Of a DNA stretch of 32,473 bases, positions 16,558 through 27,669 are shown in pieces. The translations under genes and the position numbers were made by a program. The stretch lies in the IMG/VR virus record IMGVR_UViG_3300045988_153444; one strand, given 5' to 3'. Numbering within the stretch: position 1 is the stretch's first letter; each line of letters opens with the position of its first letter. The notes below the pieces were generated by a model. That model ran no database searches, was not told where the DNA came from, and saw nothing but the letters and a program-made list of their open reading frames with translations. The DNA is from a virus (Duplodnaviria > Heunggongvirae > Uroviricota > Caudoviricetes).

Positions 16558-19350
16558 ATGGCCAGCAATAAGAACTTTAAGCTGGCTTTTGAAATTGGCG
16601 GCAAAGTTGCCGCCTCTCTCCCCAAAAGTTTTACTACAGCTAATCAGGCTGTTGCTAAATTAAATGCCGAGCTTGCTGGATTAACGAAAGAACATGGGGA
16701 AATTCAAAAGCTACAATCTGTAAAAGTAAAGGTTGGACAGACTGCCCTCGAATATCATAAAGCTGCCGCTCGCGTTGAAGAGTTACAGAAGCAAATAAAA
16801 AACACGGCCAATCCAACCAGAGCGATGCTTCGTGACTTTGAGAAGGCAAAAACACATTCATCGAATTTACGAGCATCACTACGTTCTCAGCGTGAAGAAC
16901 TGGCCGCTTTAAAGTCTGCCTATCAGGGAGCTGATACATCTGCCAGAGCTTTGGCCTCAAGAGAGAAAGAGCTTAAAGCCAGCATTGATCGTAATCGTGA
17001 GGCTCAGGCCCGTAGCGTTGAGCAGGTTAACCGCTACAGAACGGCTTTGGCTTTAGCCAGAGCAAATGTTCAGCAAGTGAAAAAACAGCAGGAGGAACTT
17101 AACCGGGCATTAGAAAAACAACGTATTGATAAAATTAACAGCTATAAAAATGCGTTGGCTGAAGCACGGAAAAATGTTCTTGCAGTAAAACGTGCTCAGG
17201 AGGAGTTAAACCGCGCGTTGGAAAGGCAGCGTGAATTGAAGCGAGAGCATCTTGGTGAGGCAAAGAGTCAACTTGTAAGGTCAGGATTACAAACTGGTGC
17301 TGTAGCGGCTGGTGCATTTGCTGCTGCTAACAATGCAGCAAATTTCAATCGTGAAAACAAAATGATTGGTCTTACGGCAGATATGAAGCCGGAAGAAGTT
17401 CAGGCGATGGGGCAGGCGATGCTTGTTACCGGAACGGCTACCAACCAGTTTGCATCTGATATTCAGGCCGCTCAGGGTTTTCTCGTCGCTGCTGGGCAGG
17501 ATTATAAAGAGGCTCAGGCGAATCTACTAACTATTGGGCGAACAGCTACAGCTACTGGCTCTGATATCCTCGATGTCTCGAAAGCATCATTTACATTAAG
17601 TGACTCATTGAAGATTGATCCATCTCAAATGAAGTCTGCAATGGGGATTCTGGTTCAGGCAGGGAAAGAGGGGAACTTTGAATTTAAAGATATGGCCAAA
17701 AATCTTCCTGTGCTTGGTGCTCAGTTCCAGGCATTAAAAATGGGAGGTAAAGAAGCAGCCGCGACGATGGGTGCAGCTTTGCAGATAGCTCGCAAGGGGG
17801 CTGCAACTTCGGATGAGGCTGCTAATAATATGAACAACTTTTTGGCAAAAATACTTTCCCCTGAAACACTAAAAAAAGCAAAGAAAAATTTCGGTGTAGA
17901 TTTATATAAAATTGTTACAACAGCGCAGAAAAAAGGGAAGAATCCATTCGAAGCTGCAATGCATTCTGTCATGAAAATGACTAAGAACGGAGATCAGAAG
18001 TTACTTGGTGAACTATTTGGCGATATGCAGGTTCAGAACTTTGTTCGTCCGATGATTCAAAACTGGAAGGAATACCAGAGAATCAAAGCAACATCTCTTG
18101 GAGCTGGAAGTGCTGTTATTGACCGCGATTTTGCCAACATAACGAAAGATAATGCGGAGCGATTGAAACAATTACGTATTCAGGCTAGCAATGCATCATT
18201 AAGTTTTGGTCAGGCCTTGCAACCTGCTTTGAATGCCGCGCTTAGTGTTTTGGTTCCGCTGATTACAAAAATTAGTGAATTTGTAGCTAACAACCCCAAT
18301 TTTGTGTCTCAGATAGTGATGGCGGCAGGTGCGTTTCTAACCATGAAAAGTGTGGTTATAGCGTGTAGGGTAGCTATGCTGGCTTTATCTGTAGCGACAA
18401 AGCTAACACCCTTCGGGTGGATTCAGATGGCTATATCTGCGCTGGTTGCCGCAGGAATATTGCTCTATCAGAATTGGGATAAGATCAGAGATTATGCTGT
18501 CAGAGTTTGGCCTTCTGTTAAGGAATATACAGTTAAATCATTTGAGGCTATAAAAAACTTTATCTTAAACTTTGACCTCAATGGATGGATTATATCTATG
18601 TTTGGTAAAGCATGGGATTATCTTTCCAACATAAACTGGAGTTCGGCAGGTGTAAGAATTTACAGTACATTAATTAGTGCTTTTAAATGGATGTCTCCGC
18701 TTCCGTTCTTAATTAAAGCATTTAAAATTACAACAAATTACCTTTCTGGCATTAACTGGAGCGAAACAGGAAAGAAAATCATAGATACACTGGTATCTGT
18801 TTTTATGCGTTTTTCACCAGTTGGACTCTTTATAAGAGCATTCCAATCTGTAACGACTTATTTATCTGGAATAAACTGGAGTGAGTCAGGCGCAAAAATA
18901 ATTGAGACGTTAATCACTGGGATAAAATCAAAAGCAAATGCTTTAATTAATGAAGTGAAAGGCGTTTTTTCTTCTGTACGTGAGTATTTACCGTTCTCTG
19001 ACGCGAAAAAAGGTCCATTCTCACAGCTAACAAAGTCAGGTGGTGCAATAATGACTACTCTGGCATCAGGTGTTAGCAGGAATAACAGCTTACAGAATGC
19101 AATAGCAAGCAAGTTCGGGCAATCAAATTTATCACCTCACGGGATATCTGCCGCCGGGACTTCTGGACCTCGCCAGAACGTTAACGCTGTGACTGGTGGA
19201 ATAACCTATTCACCTGTAATCAATCTTCCGGCTGGTTCACCAAAGGAAACTGAGGCGGCAGCTAAAAGAGCATTAGATGCGGGATATTCTGATTTTGAGA
19301 AGAAATTGAGTGCTCATATGTTCCAACAACGGAGATTAAGTTTTGGATGA
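16558..19350 (+). CDS. Tail tape measure protein
   Basis: 930 aa; coiled-coil N-terminal half with repeated …QEELNRALE(K/R)QR… units; hydrophobic middle; C-terminal tandem YLSGINWSE(T/S)G.KII(D/E)TL repeats. Confidence 0.9.
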   Translation: MASNKNFKLAFEIGGKVAASLPKSFTTANQAVAKLNAELAGLTKEHGEIQKLQSVKVKVGQTALEYHKAAARVEELQKQIKNTANPTRAMLRDFEKAKTHSSNLRASLRSQREELAALKSAYQGADTSARALASREKELKASIDRNREAQARSVEQVNRYRTALALARANVQQVKKQQEELNRALEKQRIDKINSYKNALAEARKNVLAVKRAQEELNRALERQRELKREHLGEAKSQLVRSGLQTGAVAAGAFAAANNAANFNRENKMIGLTADMKPEEVQAMGQAMLVTGTATNQFASDIQAAQGFLVAAGQDYKEAQANLLTIGRTATATGSDILDVSKASFTLSDSLKIDPSQMKSAMGILVQAGKEGNFEFKDMAKNLPVLGAQFQALKMGGKEAAATMGAALQIARKGAATSDEAANNMNNFLAKILSPETLKKAKKNFGVDLYKIVTTAQKKGKNPFEAAMHSVMKMTKNGDQKLLGELFGDMQVQNFVRPMIQNWKEYQRIKATSLGAGSAVIDRDFANITKDNAERLKQLRIQASNASLSFGQALQPALNAALSVLVPLITKISEFVANNPNFVSQIVMAAGAFLTMKSVVIACRVAMLALSVATKLTPFGWIQMAISALVAAGILLYQNWDKIRDYAVRVWPSVKEYTVKSFEAIKNFILNFDLNGWIISMFGKAWDYLSNINWSSAGVRIYSTLISAFKWMSPLPFLIKAFKITTNYLSGINWSETGKKIIDTLVSVFMRFSPVGLFIRAFQSVTTYLSGINWSESGAKIIETLITGIKSKANALINEVKGVFSSVREYLPFSDAKKGPFSQLTKSGGAIMTTLASGVSRNNSLQNAIASKFGQSNLSPHGISAAGTSGPRQNVNAVTGGITYSPVINLPAGSPKETEAAAKRALDAGYSDFEKKLSAHMFQQRRLSFG

Positions 19351-19561
19351 TTATAGAACGGTTCAAGGGGACTCATGGGATAGTATCGCTTTAAAGTTGT
19401 ATGGTAATGAGTACCTGTCTTATCTTCTTATTGATGCTAATACTGAGCACCGCTTTACGGTGCTTTTTTCTGCGGGAATTATTCTTAAAGTTCCTGATGC
19501 TCCGGTTATGCCAATATCAGTAAACAATTTTCCTCCGTGGAGACGCAATAGTGTTACGTAA
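19343..19561 (+). CDS. Tail protein X-like (LysM-like fold)
   Basis: 72 aa; pattern YRTVQGDSWDSIALKLYGNE…LIDAN…AGIILKVPD resembles P2 gpX. Confidence 0.75.
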   Translation: MDDYRTVQGDSWDSIALKLYGNEYLSYLLIDANTEHRFTVLFSAGIILKVPDAPVMPISVNNFPPWRRNSVT

Positions 19562-20552
19562 AACGCTTTTTGATGTTATATATCAGAATGTAAATATTAC
19601 CGCTCATATGTCACCTGATGTTTTGTCAATGTCTTATACAGATAATGAAGATGGTCAGGTCGATGATATTTCTATTATATTAAAAAATGATGATGGGAAA
19701 TGGTCTGGAGACTGGACACCTAAAAAGGGTGATTTTATTGATTTGAGCTTTAAGCCTATAAATCAAATCGTCCTTGAGTGCGGGAAATTCCAGGTAGATG
19801 GCATAACTTGCTCTGGACCACCTTCTGTGGTTGAGGTAACTGCTGTTTCTGTTCCTGTTTCATCAGGCATTAGACGTGATTTAAAAAGTAATGCATGGGA
19901 AAAAACAACTCTTAAAGATATAGCAACTTCTATAGCTAAATTAGCTAACCTTGAACTGTTGTTTCTTATTGATGGTGATAGTAATCCATATTATGCGCGT
20001 GAAGATCAAATGGAGGAAAGCGATTTAAAATTTCTCCATCGACTTTGCCAGGATGAAGGGTTGTCGTTAAAGGTCACTGATAGCCAATTAATAATATTTG
20101 CTCAAGAGATGTTTGAGCAAAAAGATCCTATCGCTACGCTTACGTTAGGTATTGATGAGATAATCAGATATAGCTTTAGCACACAATCTACAGATTTGTA
20201 TAAAAGTTGCACGTGCAAATATCGCGTACCTAAAAAAAGAAAGTCGCTTTCGTATACTTGGGTAGATCCATCCGTAGAAGAAGGGTCGAATCTTAAGATA
20301 AGAAAACTGGTAGCTAATTTAGATGAAGCAAAACGTAAGGCAAAGGCTGCTTTGCGGCTTAAAAATAGATATCAAAATACCGGATCTTTAGTATTGGTTG
20401 GAGACACCAGATTGGTAGCTGGTGTAACTATAAATCTGGAGGGATTCGGTTCATTTTCTGGAAAATATCTTATATCGAAAGCTGTGCATTCAATTGGGAC
20501 TAGTGGTTATACCACCTCGATTGATGTCCGAAGAGTAATTAATGGGTATTAA
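19551..20552 (+). CDS. Tail protein (P2 gpD / Mu N-like)
   Basis: 333 aa following TMP and X; GTG start; call by synteny and size. Confidence 0.7.
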   Translation: MLRKTLFDVIYQNVNITAHMSPDVLSMSYTDNEDGQVDDISIILKNDDGKWSGDWTPKKGDFIDLSFKPINQIVLECGKFQVDGITCSGPPSVVEVTAVSVPVSSGIRRDLKSNAWEKTTLKDIATSIAKLANLELLFLIDGDSNPYYAREDQMEESDLKFLHRLCQDEGLSLKVTDSQLIIFAQEMFEQKDPIATLTLGIDEIIRYSFSTQSTDLYKSCTCKYRVPKKRKSLSYTWVDPSVEEGSNLKIRKLVANLDEAKRKAKAALRLKNRYQNTGSLVLVGDTRLVAGVTINLEGFGSFSGKYLISKAVHSIGTSGYTTSIDVRRVINGY

Positions 20553-20554
20553 TT

Positions 20555-21175
20555 ATGAATGATTTAGAAACATTATTACGTCAGACTATAAGAGTTGGCG
20601 TTGTTTCTGATATTGATGATGGTGATGTTACAGCAAGAGTTACTTTCGATGATCAGGATAACGTCACTTCGGCAAAGTTATCAGTTATTGTGAAAAATAC
20701 AGATAAGAATGCTGATTACTGGATGCCAGATATTGGTGAGCAAGTTTTGTGTATCTTTCATCCCGCGGGGCCGCAACAAGGTTTTATTCTTGGTAGTTTT
20801 TATGATGAAACACAGAAGCCGCCATCTAATACTGTTAATAAACGCGTCATTAGATTTAATAACGGAACTCGTATTGAGATAGACAGAGAATCTAATTTAC
20901 TCCTTGTTGATGCTGTCGGAGATGTAACCATTAAGGCTACAGGAACCGTAACTATTGATGCTCCAGAAACCATCATTACCGGAAATGCTACAGTTGAAGG
21001 ATTACTAACCTTCAAAGGTGGAATGAAAGGATCTTCTGCTGGAGGTGTTGCAGCTACAATTTCTGGGAATGTTAAGGTTGTTGGTGGTGATATAGATGTT
21101 GATGGGATTAAATCTAAAGGCCACCATCACACAGCTCAGGGGGAATACGCTCCGACAACGGAGGCTCAGGCATGA
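20555..21175 (+). CDS. Baseplate central spike/assembly protein V-like
   Basis: Pattern …ARVTFDDQDNVTSAKLSVI…WMPDIGEQVLCIF…GFILGSFYD typical of gpV-family spike proteins. Confidence 0.85.
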   Translation: MNDLETLLRQTIRVGVVSDIDDGDVTARVTFDDQDNVTSAKLSVIVKNTDKNADYWMPDIGEQVLCIFHPAGPQQGFILGSFYDETQKPPSNTVNKRVIRFNNGTRIEIDRESNLLLVDAVGDVTIKATGTVTIDAPETIITGNATVEGLLTFKGGMKGSSAGGVAATISGNVKVVGGDIDVDGIKSKGHHHTAQGEYAPTTEAQA

Positions 21176-21639
21176 TTGTGGGTATGCTTGGTACAATGCC
21201 TTTTGTTGCCTCATCAATAGTGGTGAATACGTTCAACAATTTTAAAAGGACGTCAAAGCGTCGTGTAGCGCGCCATGATGTTATTGGGCTTAAACCTGTT
21301 CTGGAGGATATAGGTCCAGATCTGGATGAAGTTAGTTTTAATATGCGGTTGGATACAACACTTGGCATTGTTCCATTGGCTGCGCTTTCATTACTTAGGA
21401 CAATGCAATCAATTCAGGAAGTAAATCCTGTTGTAATTGGTATTCAGTATTTTGGTAATTTTATAATTACAGATATAGAGGAATCATGGACTTATTTCGG
21501 TCCAACTGGGAATCCACGAGTGATTATCGTCGGCATTAAATTACAGGAAGTCGGACAGACCTCTCTGAAAGAAGCATTAGTTGATATTGCTGGCAATATA
21601 GAGTCAAAAACTAGAAGTGCGTTAGGTAAATTATTATGA
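21172..21639 (+). CDS. Baseplate protein (Mu gp45-like position)
   Basis: 155-aa ORF coupled between V-like and W-like genes; call by synteny. Confidence 0.55.
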   Translation: MIVGMLGTMPFVASSIVVNTFNNFKRTSKRRVARHDVIGLKPVLEDIGPDLDEVSFNMRLDTTLGIVPLAALSLLRTMQSIQEVNPVVIGIQYFGNFIITDIEESWTYFGPTGNPRVIIVGIKLQEVGQTSLKEALVDIAGNIESKTRSALGKLL

Positions 21640-21956
21640 ATAATACGTTTACCATATCATCACCTTCTTACTCGATTGATTGGTCGCCCAAAACAGTTGT
21701 AGAAGAAGTTTTGCAAAATGTCTCTACTATTATTAATACTCAAATTGGCACTGTACCATATGCCAGAAAATTAGGAATTAATTCAAGTCTTGTTGATAGC
21801 CCTAGTCCAATTTTTATTGCTACAGCAACACGAGAAATAATTCAAAAAATTAGTGAGTTTGAGCCTAGAGCGATTATCCATTCTGTTACTTTTGAAAGAA
21901 CGGACGTTTCTGATGGTTTTATTAGGCCAAAACTTGTGATAGGAGTTAGAGAATGA
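21636..21956 (+). CDS. Baseplate protein W/gp25-like
   Basis: 106 aa, directly upstream of the J-like gene; size and position typical. Confidence 0.8.
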   Translation: MNNTFTISSPSYSIDWSPKTVVEEVLQNVSTIINTQIGTVPYARKLGINSSLVDSPSPIFIATATREIIQKISEFEPRAIIHSVTFERTDVSDGFIRPKLVIGVRE

Positions 21957-23074
21957 CGTTGCCGCGTGGTGGTTTGCCAGATATTACTTTCGCAGATTCT
22001 AACCCGACTGATATAACAACTCGTTCAATCAGGGCTTTTGAGAGTATAACAGGTGAAACATTAGCACCTGCTGATCCACGTAGATTATTCATCTTATCAT
22101 TGTGTGAGATTATTATACAGCAAAGAAAAGCTATCGATTTTTCTGCAAAACAAAACCTTCTTACATATGGTGAAGGTGAATATCTCGACCATATAGGCTA
22201 TCTGACGGATACGCCTAGGCTGGAAGCTCAATCTGCCTTGACTACATTTGAGTTTAATCTGTCAACAAAATTATCGGGGATATATACAATACCTGCTGGC
22301 ACTCAAGTTTCAACTGGAAATGGTGTTATTTTCCAAACAGATATTTTGTTGGAAATACCTGCTGGGAAAACAGTTGGTACAGTCTCAGGATATGCTGTTA
22401 TACCTGGTTTATCTGGGAATGGCTTTTTACCAGGGCAAATAAATGAGTTGGTGACTCCGTTGCCGTATGTTTCCAGCGTAAGGAATGTAACAACATCTAA
22501 TTCTGGTGCTGATACGGAGTCAGATGATAATTATGCTGAAAGAATAAAACTGTCGCCGGAAAAACTGTCTACAGCAGGGCCGGAGGATTCTTATAAATAT
22601 TGGACAAGAACAGCCAATCAGAATATAAAAGATGTGAATGTATATACACCATCGCCCGGAATTGTAGAAATCCGTTCTTTGTTAGAGAACGGAGATATAC
22701 CTTCTAATGAACTATTAGAGCAGATAAATAGCGTTCTCTCTGCAACTAATATTCGACCATTCACAGATAAAGTTCTTGTTAAGAAACCAGAGAGCATTGA
22801 ATACGAAATAATTAAATACTGGATTAACTCATCGGACAAAAACAGAACAACTTTAATTCAAAGTGAGGTTGAGAAAGCTATTGATGAGTATAAACAATGG
22901 CAACGTTCGGTTATGGGAAGAGATATAAATCCAGATGAAATTATTCAACGTTTAAAAAATGCTGGGGCTAAAAGATTAGAAATATCAAGTCCTGTTTTTA
23001 CTGTGATTGGAGAGACACAGGTCGCCAGAGAGAGAAATATAAATTGCCAGTATGCGGGGTTAGAGGATGGCTGA
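21953..23074 (+). CDS. Baseplate protein J-like
   Basis: 373 aa; order W-J-I-fibre; N-terminal pattern consistent with the Baseplate_J family. Confidence 0.8.
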   Translation: MTLPRGGLPDITFADSNPTDITTRSIRAFESITGETLAPADPRRLFILSLCEIIIQQRKAIDFSAKQNLLTYGEGEYLDHIGYLTDTPRLEAQSALTTFEFNLSTKLSGIYTIPAGTQVSTGNGVIFQTDILLEIPAGKTVGTVSGYAVIPGLSGNGFLPGQINELVTPLPYVSSVRNVTTSNSGADTESDDNYAERIKLSPEKLSTAGPEDSYKYWTRTANQNIKDVNVYTPSPGIVEIRSLLENGDIPSNELLEQINSVLSATNIRPFTDKVLVKKPESIEYEIIKYWINSSDKNRTTLIQSEVEKAIDEYKQWQRSVMGRDINPDEIIQRLKNAGAKRLEISSPVFTVIGETQVARERNINCQYAGLEDG

Positions 23075-23648
23075 TATCTTTAATGTTAGCTTGTTGGATG
23101 TTTTACCTCCTAACTTAGCTAGCGATCCCAACGTGATAGCTATGTCGAAAGCTATTGATGATGAACTACAAGCAATTAACAATTTAATATATAAGACAGA
23201 AATATATAGCGTTGTTGATAACCTGGACTCAGTTGTTCTCGATCATTTAGCTTGGCAATGGAATGCTGATACATGGAGGGATAGTTGGCCTGTATTGTTA
23301 AAGCGTTCTGTTTTTAAATCAATAATACGAACAAAGCGAATAAAGGGTACAAGGGCAGCGGTTGAAGATGTAGTAAATAGCTTGGGTGGAGAGGTAAACA
23401 TAACAGAATGGTTTGAAACATCACCACCTGGCGAACCATATACAGCCTCAATTGTTGCTTCGATTAACTCTTTTGATGGTGCTGTTCCTTCGAAAGAGAT
23501 GTTGGAGGATACGTTAAGAAGTATCAAGAGTGCAAAGTCGGCAAGAACACTATTTACATTTTCGCAAGCAACCAATGTTTCAGGTGGTGTTGGTATTGTC
23601 GGTGCTTTCCAGCCTGTGTCTTATGTACGATTAATTGGTGAGTGCTAA
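23067..23648 (+). CDS. Tail protein I-like
   Basis: Pattern …LPPNLASDPNV…LDHLAWQWNADTWRDSWP…KRSVFKSIIRTKRIKGTRAAVEDVV…NITEWFE… matches the gpI family as recalled. Confidence 0.85.
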   Translation: MADIFNVSLLDVLPPNLASDPNVIAMSKAIDDELQAINNLIYKTEIYSVVDNLDSVVLDHLAWQWNADTWRDSWPVLLKRSVFKSIIRTKRIKGTRAAVEDVVNSLGGEVNITEWFETSPPGEPYTASIVASINSFDGAVPSKEMLEDTLRSIKSAKSARTLFTFSQATNVSGGVGIVGAFQPVSYVRLIGEC

Positions 23649-23678
23649 TTTGCGATTTGTTAATCCAAGGAATTAAGC

Positions 23679-26525
23679 GTGAGTAAATTATTATTTACGA
23701 TGACTGACGCCGGGCGTAAGGCGCTGGTTAATGCCAACAAGACTGGAACAAATAAAGTTGAGATCGTTTCTGTTGGTTTAGGTAGTAGATATTATGCCAC
23801 ATCAACCACACAAACAAAAATAACAGATGAAATAAAGCGACTTACCACAATAGGAGGCAAAGTCGTTTCTCCTGATACCATTCATGTAACTGCGAAGGAT
23901 GATAGTAAAGATGAGTATGTTGTCCATACAATAGGTTTGTATACAAATAAAGGAACATTGTTTGCTGTATACTCGCAAGAACAAGTAATAATAAATAAAG
24001 TATCTTCTACAATTGCTTTAATATCAAGTGATATAGCAATTAAAAATCTTGATACTAAAAACATTACATTTGGTGATGTTGAGTTTATTAACCCTCCCGC
24101 AACCGAAACTGTTGTTGGAGTAGCAAGATTTGCTAATGAACAAGAAATTGATGCAGGTACAGATGATTCCCTGGCTGTTTCAGCAAAGCGGCTTAAGCAA
24201 GCTATTGTAAAACATGAGCAATCACGTAATCATCCTGATGCAACTTTAACATCAAAAGGCATTGTTCAACTCAGTAATGCCACCAATAGCACGTCTGAAA
24301 AGCTCGCAGCGACGCCTAAGGCTGTTAAGGCTGCATATGACCTGGCTGACGGAAAATATACCGCCCAGAATGCCACCACGGCACAAAAAGGGATAGTTCA
24401 GCTCAGTAGTGCCACTAACAGTACGTCTGAAACGCAGGCGGCAACGCCAAAAGCGGTCAAGGCAGCAAATGACAACGCAAATTCACGTCTGGCGAAAAAT
24501 CAGAACGGTGCAGATATCCAGGATAAATCAGCTTTTCTGGACAATGTTGGCGTTACCAGCCTGACGTTTATGAAAAACAATGGCGAAATGCCGCTTGATG
24601 CTGATCTGAATACGTTTGGTCCTGTTAAGGCTTATTCAGGTATCTGGTCTAAAGCAACATCCACCAACGCAACACTGGAGAAAAATTTCCCGGAAGATAA
24701 TGCTGTCGGTGTGCTTGAGGTTTTTGCTGCCGGCAATTTTGCAGGTACGCAACGCTTTACCACGAGAGACGGCAATGTATACATGCGTAAACTCGCCAAT
24801 AAGTGGAATGGCACTGATGGTCCGTGGGGCGTATGGCGTCACACTCAATCTGCTACCCGCCCTTTGAGTACGACTATAGACCTGAATACGCTTGGAGCCG
24901 CCGAGCATCTTGGTTTATGGCGTAACAGTAGCTCAGCTATAGCTTCATATGAACGCAATTATCCAGAGGAAGGCGGCTTTGCTCAGGGGATGCTTGAGAT
25001 CCTCGAAGGCGGAAATTATGGAAGAACGCAACGTTATACCACTCGCCGTGGAAATATGTATGTCCGCTGTCTTGCGGCAAGCTGGGATGCATCAAATCCG
25101 CAGTGGGAACCGTGGTTAAGAGTCGGTCATCAGTCAGAGAGTCGTTATTACGAAGGTGATTTGAATGATGTAACCTCACCAGGTATTTACAGCGTTACAG
25201 GTAAAGCGACCAACGGTCCAGTACTGGACGGAAACGGCGTGACTGTACTCGGCATTCTGGAAGTGTTGAGGCGGTTTGATGGTGTTAATGTATGGCAGCG
25301 TTATACAACTGCCGGAACAGGTACAACCCTTAAAGGCCGCACCTTTGAGCGCGTCTTTACCGGCAGCTCATGGAGCGAATGGCGGGAAGTCTACACCTCG
25401 TATTCACTTCCCCTGAATCTGGGTATCGGCGGTGCTGTGGCAAAGCTCACCAGCCTGGACTGGCAGACCTACGATTTTGTGCCGGGCAGTCTGATAACCG
25501 TTCGGCTTGATAACATGACCAATATTCCCGACGGTATGGACTGGGGCGTCATTGATGGCAACCTGATAAACATCTCAGTCGGTCCGAGTGATGATTCTGG
25601 TTCGGGACGCTCAATGCATGTATGGCGCAGCACTGTAAGTAAAGCCAACTACCGCTTTTTTATGGTTCGCATTTCAGGAAATCCGGGAAGCCGCACGATC
25701 ACGACAAGACGTGTGCCAATTATCGACGAAGCTCAGACATGGATGGCGAAACAGACATTCAGCGGTGGTCTTTCAGGCGAACTATCCGGCAATGCTGCTA
25801 CAGCAACAAAGCTGAAAACGGCAAGGACAATTAACGGCGTAAAATTTGACGGCTCGGCAAATATTGAAGCGTTTCCGCCAGGTGTTCCGCTGCCGTGGCC
25901 ATCAGATACGCCACCTGCAGGTTATGCAATCATGCAGGGGCAGACGTTTGATAAGGCAGCATATCCGAAACTGGCTATTGCCTATCCTTCTGGTGTTATT
26001 CCAGATATGCGCGGCTGGACAATCAAGGGCAAACCCGCCAGTGGTCGGGCCGTATTGTCTCAGGAACAGGATGGCATTAAATCGCACACCCACAGTGCCA
26101 GCGCATCCAGTACGGATTTGGGTACGAAAACCACATCGTCGTTTGATTACGGTACTAAATCAACGAATAACACAGGTGCACATACCCACAATGTATCTGG
26201 TACTGCAAATAGTGCTGGCGCACATACTCATACCGTTCCATTAAGGAGACCAAACAGTGGCGGTATGAATTTCGACTGGCTGGATGGTTCATCAAGTGGC
26301 ACGGTGGTGGGGAATGGAACTGTGCCTTCTTCTGGCGCACATACCCACTCAGTATCAGGTACCGCTACAAGTGCTGGGGCACATGCACACACTGTTGGTA
26401 TTGGCGCTCATACGCACTCTGTTAAGATTGGTTCACATGGACACACCATCACCGTTAACGCTGCTGGTAACGCGGAAAACACCGTTAAAAACATCGCATT
26501 TAATTATATTGTGAGGCTTGCATAA
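23679..26525 (+). CDS. Tail fibre protein
   Basis: 948 aa; GTG start with AAGGA SD; repeated TNSTSE…[10 protein letters not shown] units; C-terminal His-rich GAHTH/GAHAH repeats typical of side-tail-fibre tips. Confidence 0.85.
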   Translation: MSKLLFTMTDAGRKALVNANKTGTNKVEIVSVGLGSRYYATSTTQTKITDEIKRLTTIGGKVVSPDTIHVTAKDDSKDEYVVHTIGLYTNKGTLFAVYSQEQVIINKVSSTIALISSDIAIKNLDTKNITFGDVEFINPPATETVVGVARFANEQEIDAGTDDSLAVSAKRLKQAIVKHEQSRNHPDATLTSKGIVQLSNATNSTSEKLAATPKAVKAAYDLADGKYTAQNATTAQKGIVQLSSATNSTSETQAATPKAVKAANDNANSRLAKNQNGADIQDKSAFLDNVGVTSLTFMKNNGEMPLDADLNTFGPVKAYSGIWSKATSTNATLEKNFPEDNAVGVLEVFAAGNFAGTQRFTTRDGNVYMRKLANKWNGTDGPWGVWRHTQSATRPLSTTIDLNTLGAAEHLGLWRNSSSAIASYERNYPEEGGFAQGMLEILEGGNYGRTQRYTTRRGNMYVRCLAASWDASNPQWEPWLRVGHQSESRYYEGDLNDVTSPGIYSVTGKATNGPVLDGNGVTVLGILEVLRRFDGVNVWQRYTTAGTGTTLKGRTFERVFTGSSWSEWREVYTSYSLPLNLGIGGAVAKLTSLDWQTYDFVPGSLITVRLDNMTNIPDGMDWGVIDGNLINISVGPSDDSGSGRSMHVWRSTVSKANYRFFMVRISGNPGSRTITTRRVPIIDEAQTWMAKQTFSGGLSGELSGNAATATKLKTARTINGVKFDGSANIEAFPPGVPLPWPSDTPPAGYAIMQGQTFDKAAYPKLAIAYPSGVIPDMRGWTIKGKPASGRAVLSQEQDGIKSHTHSASASSTDLGTKTTSSFDYGTKSTNNTGAHTHNVSGTANSAGAHTHTVPLRRPNSGGMNFDWLDGSSSGTVVGNGTVPSSGAHTHSVSGTATSAGAHAHTVGIGAHTHSVKIGSHGHTITVNAAGNAENTVKNIAFNYIVRLA

Positions 26526-27142
26526 TGGCATTCAGAATGAGTGAACAATCACGTACCGTAAAAATTTATAACCTGCTGGCCGGAACTAATGAGTTTATTG
26601 GTGAAGGTGACGCATATATTCCATCTCATACAGGGCTGCCAGCTAATTCTACAGATATCGCCCCACCGGAAATTCCTGCTGGCTTTGTGGCAGTTTTTAA
26701 CAGTGAAAATGAATCGTGGAATATTGTTGAAGACCATCGTGGTAAAACGGTCTATGACGTGGCGTCGGGGGACGCATTGTTTATTTCTGAACTCGGACCG
26801 CTACCAGAGAATGTCACCTGGTTGTCGCCAGCAGGGGAGTATCAGAAGTGGGACGGCGTATCCTGGGTGAATGATGAGGAAGCAGAAAAACTGTTTCGGA
26901 TACGGGAAGCGGAAGAGAAAAAGGCAAGGTTGATCCAGGAAGCAACAGATAACATCGCAATTCTGCAGGATGCAGTTAATCTTGAAATAGCAACAAACGA
27001 GGAAAATTCACAACTGGATTCCTGGAGAAAATACAGAGTATTAGTGAGTAGAATTGACACCAGTACAGCTCCGGATATCGTATGGCCAGAGCTGATGAAT
27101 CAGGGTTATGTTCGGGAGGACGAGCAGATAACTTCAGACTGA
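26525..27142 (+). CDS. Tail fibre assembly protein (Tfa/chaperone)
   Basis: 205 aa immediately after the fibre gene; C-terminal …[23 protein letters not shown]… motif typical of Tfa proteins. Confidence 0.8.
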   Translation: MAFRMSEQSRTVKIYNLLAGTNEFIGEGDAYIPSHTGLPANSTDIAPPEIPAGFVAVFNSENESWNIVEDHRGKTVYDVASGDALFISELGPLPENVTWLSPAGEYQKWDGVSWVNDEEAEKLFRIREAEEKKARLIQEATDNIAILQDAVNLEIATNEENSQLDSWRKYRVLVSRIDTSTAPDIVWPELMNQGYVREDEQITSD

Positions 27143-27669
27143 AATTTAGTGATGAATGTTGAATCATCAGGAATATCATGCAATACCAATGCATGAGCAC
27201 CTATTGTGACATTGTTTCCTATACGCACTTTGCCACCAAGAATGGTGGCATTACAACCAATGGTCACATTATGCCCTATAACAATATCCATATCATTAAA
27301 TTCCCCGCGAAGTCCAATAGTTACTCCGGGCTTAATTGAACAATTTTCACCGATTGTTACTTTGTGACCGATAACAACACTGTTGAGATAAGAAATATCA
27401 AAGCCTTTCCCTATATTTACAGTTAAAGGGACTGTTACATTATATTTATCAAGAATGAAACGTTCTATTTTTCCCGCAATCTTCCGACAGTATCCGCCTT
27501 TATCAAAAAGGTATTTGGCTATGCGCCACCAAAATAAATAACGAACCCTTCTATGTTTTATTGCGCGAACAATTGCCTTTCGCCAGGAGAAAGGACGCTC
27601 GCTACCGATTACTTCATAGTGAATACAGTCTTTAAGTTCATTAATATTCATATCTTTATTATTCAGCAT
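27106..27669 (-). CDS. Hexapeptide-repeat (left-handed beta-helix) acetyltransferase, WcaB/CysE-like
   Basis: Tandem hexapeptide repeats ([22 protein letters not shown]…[34 protein letters not shown]); convergent with and overlapping the tfa 3' end by 37 nt. Confidence 0.8.
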   Translation of the reverse strand: MLNNKDMNINELKDCIHYEVIGSERPFSWRKAIVRAIKHRRVRYLFWWRIAKYLFDKGGYCRKIAGKIERFILDKYNVTVPLTVNIGKGFDISYLNSVVIGHKVTIGENCSIKPGVTIGLRGEFNDMDIVIGHNVTIGCNATILGGKVRIGNNVTIGAHALVLHDIPDDSTFITKFQSEVICSSSRT

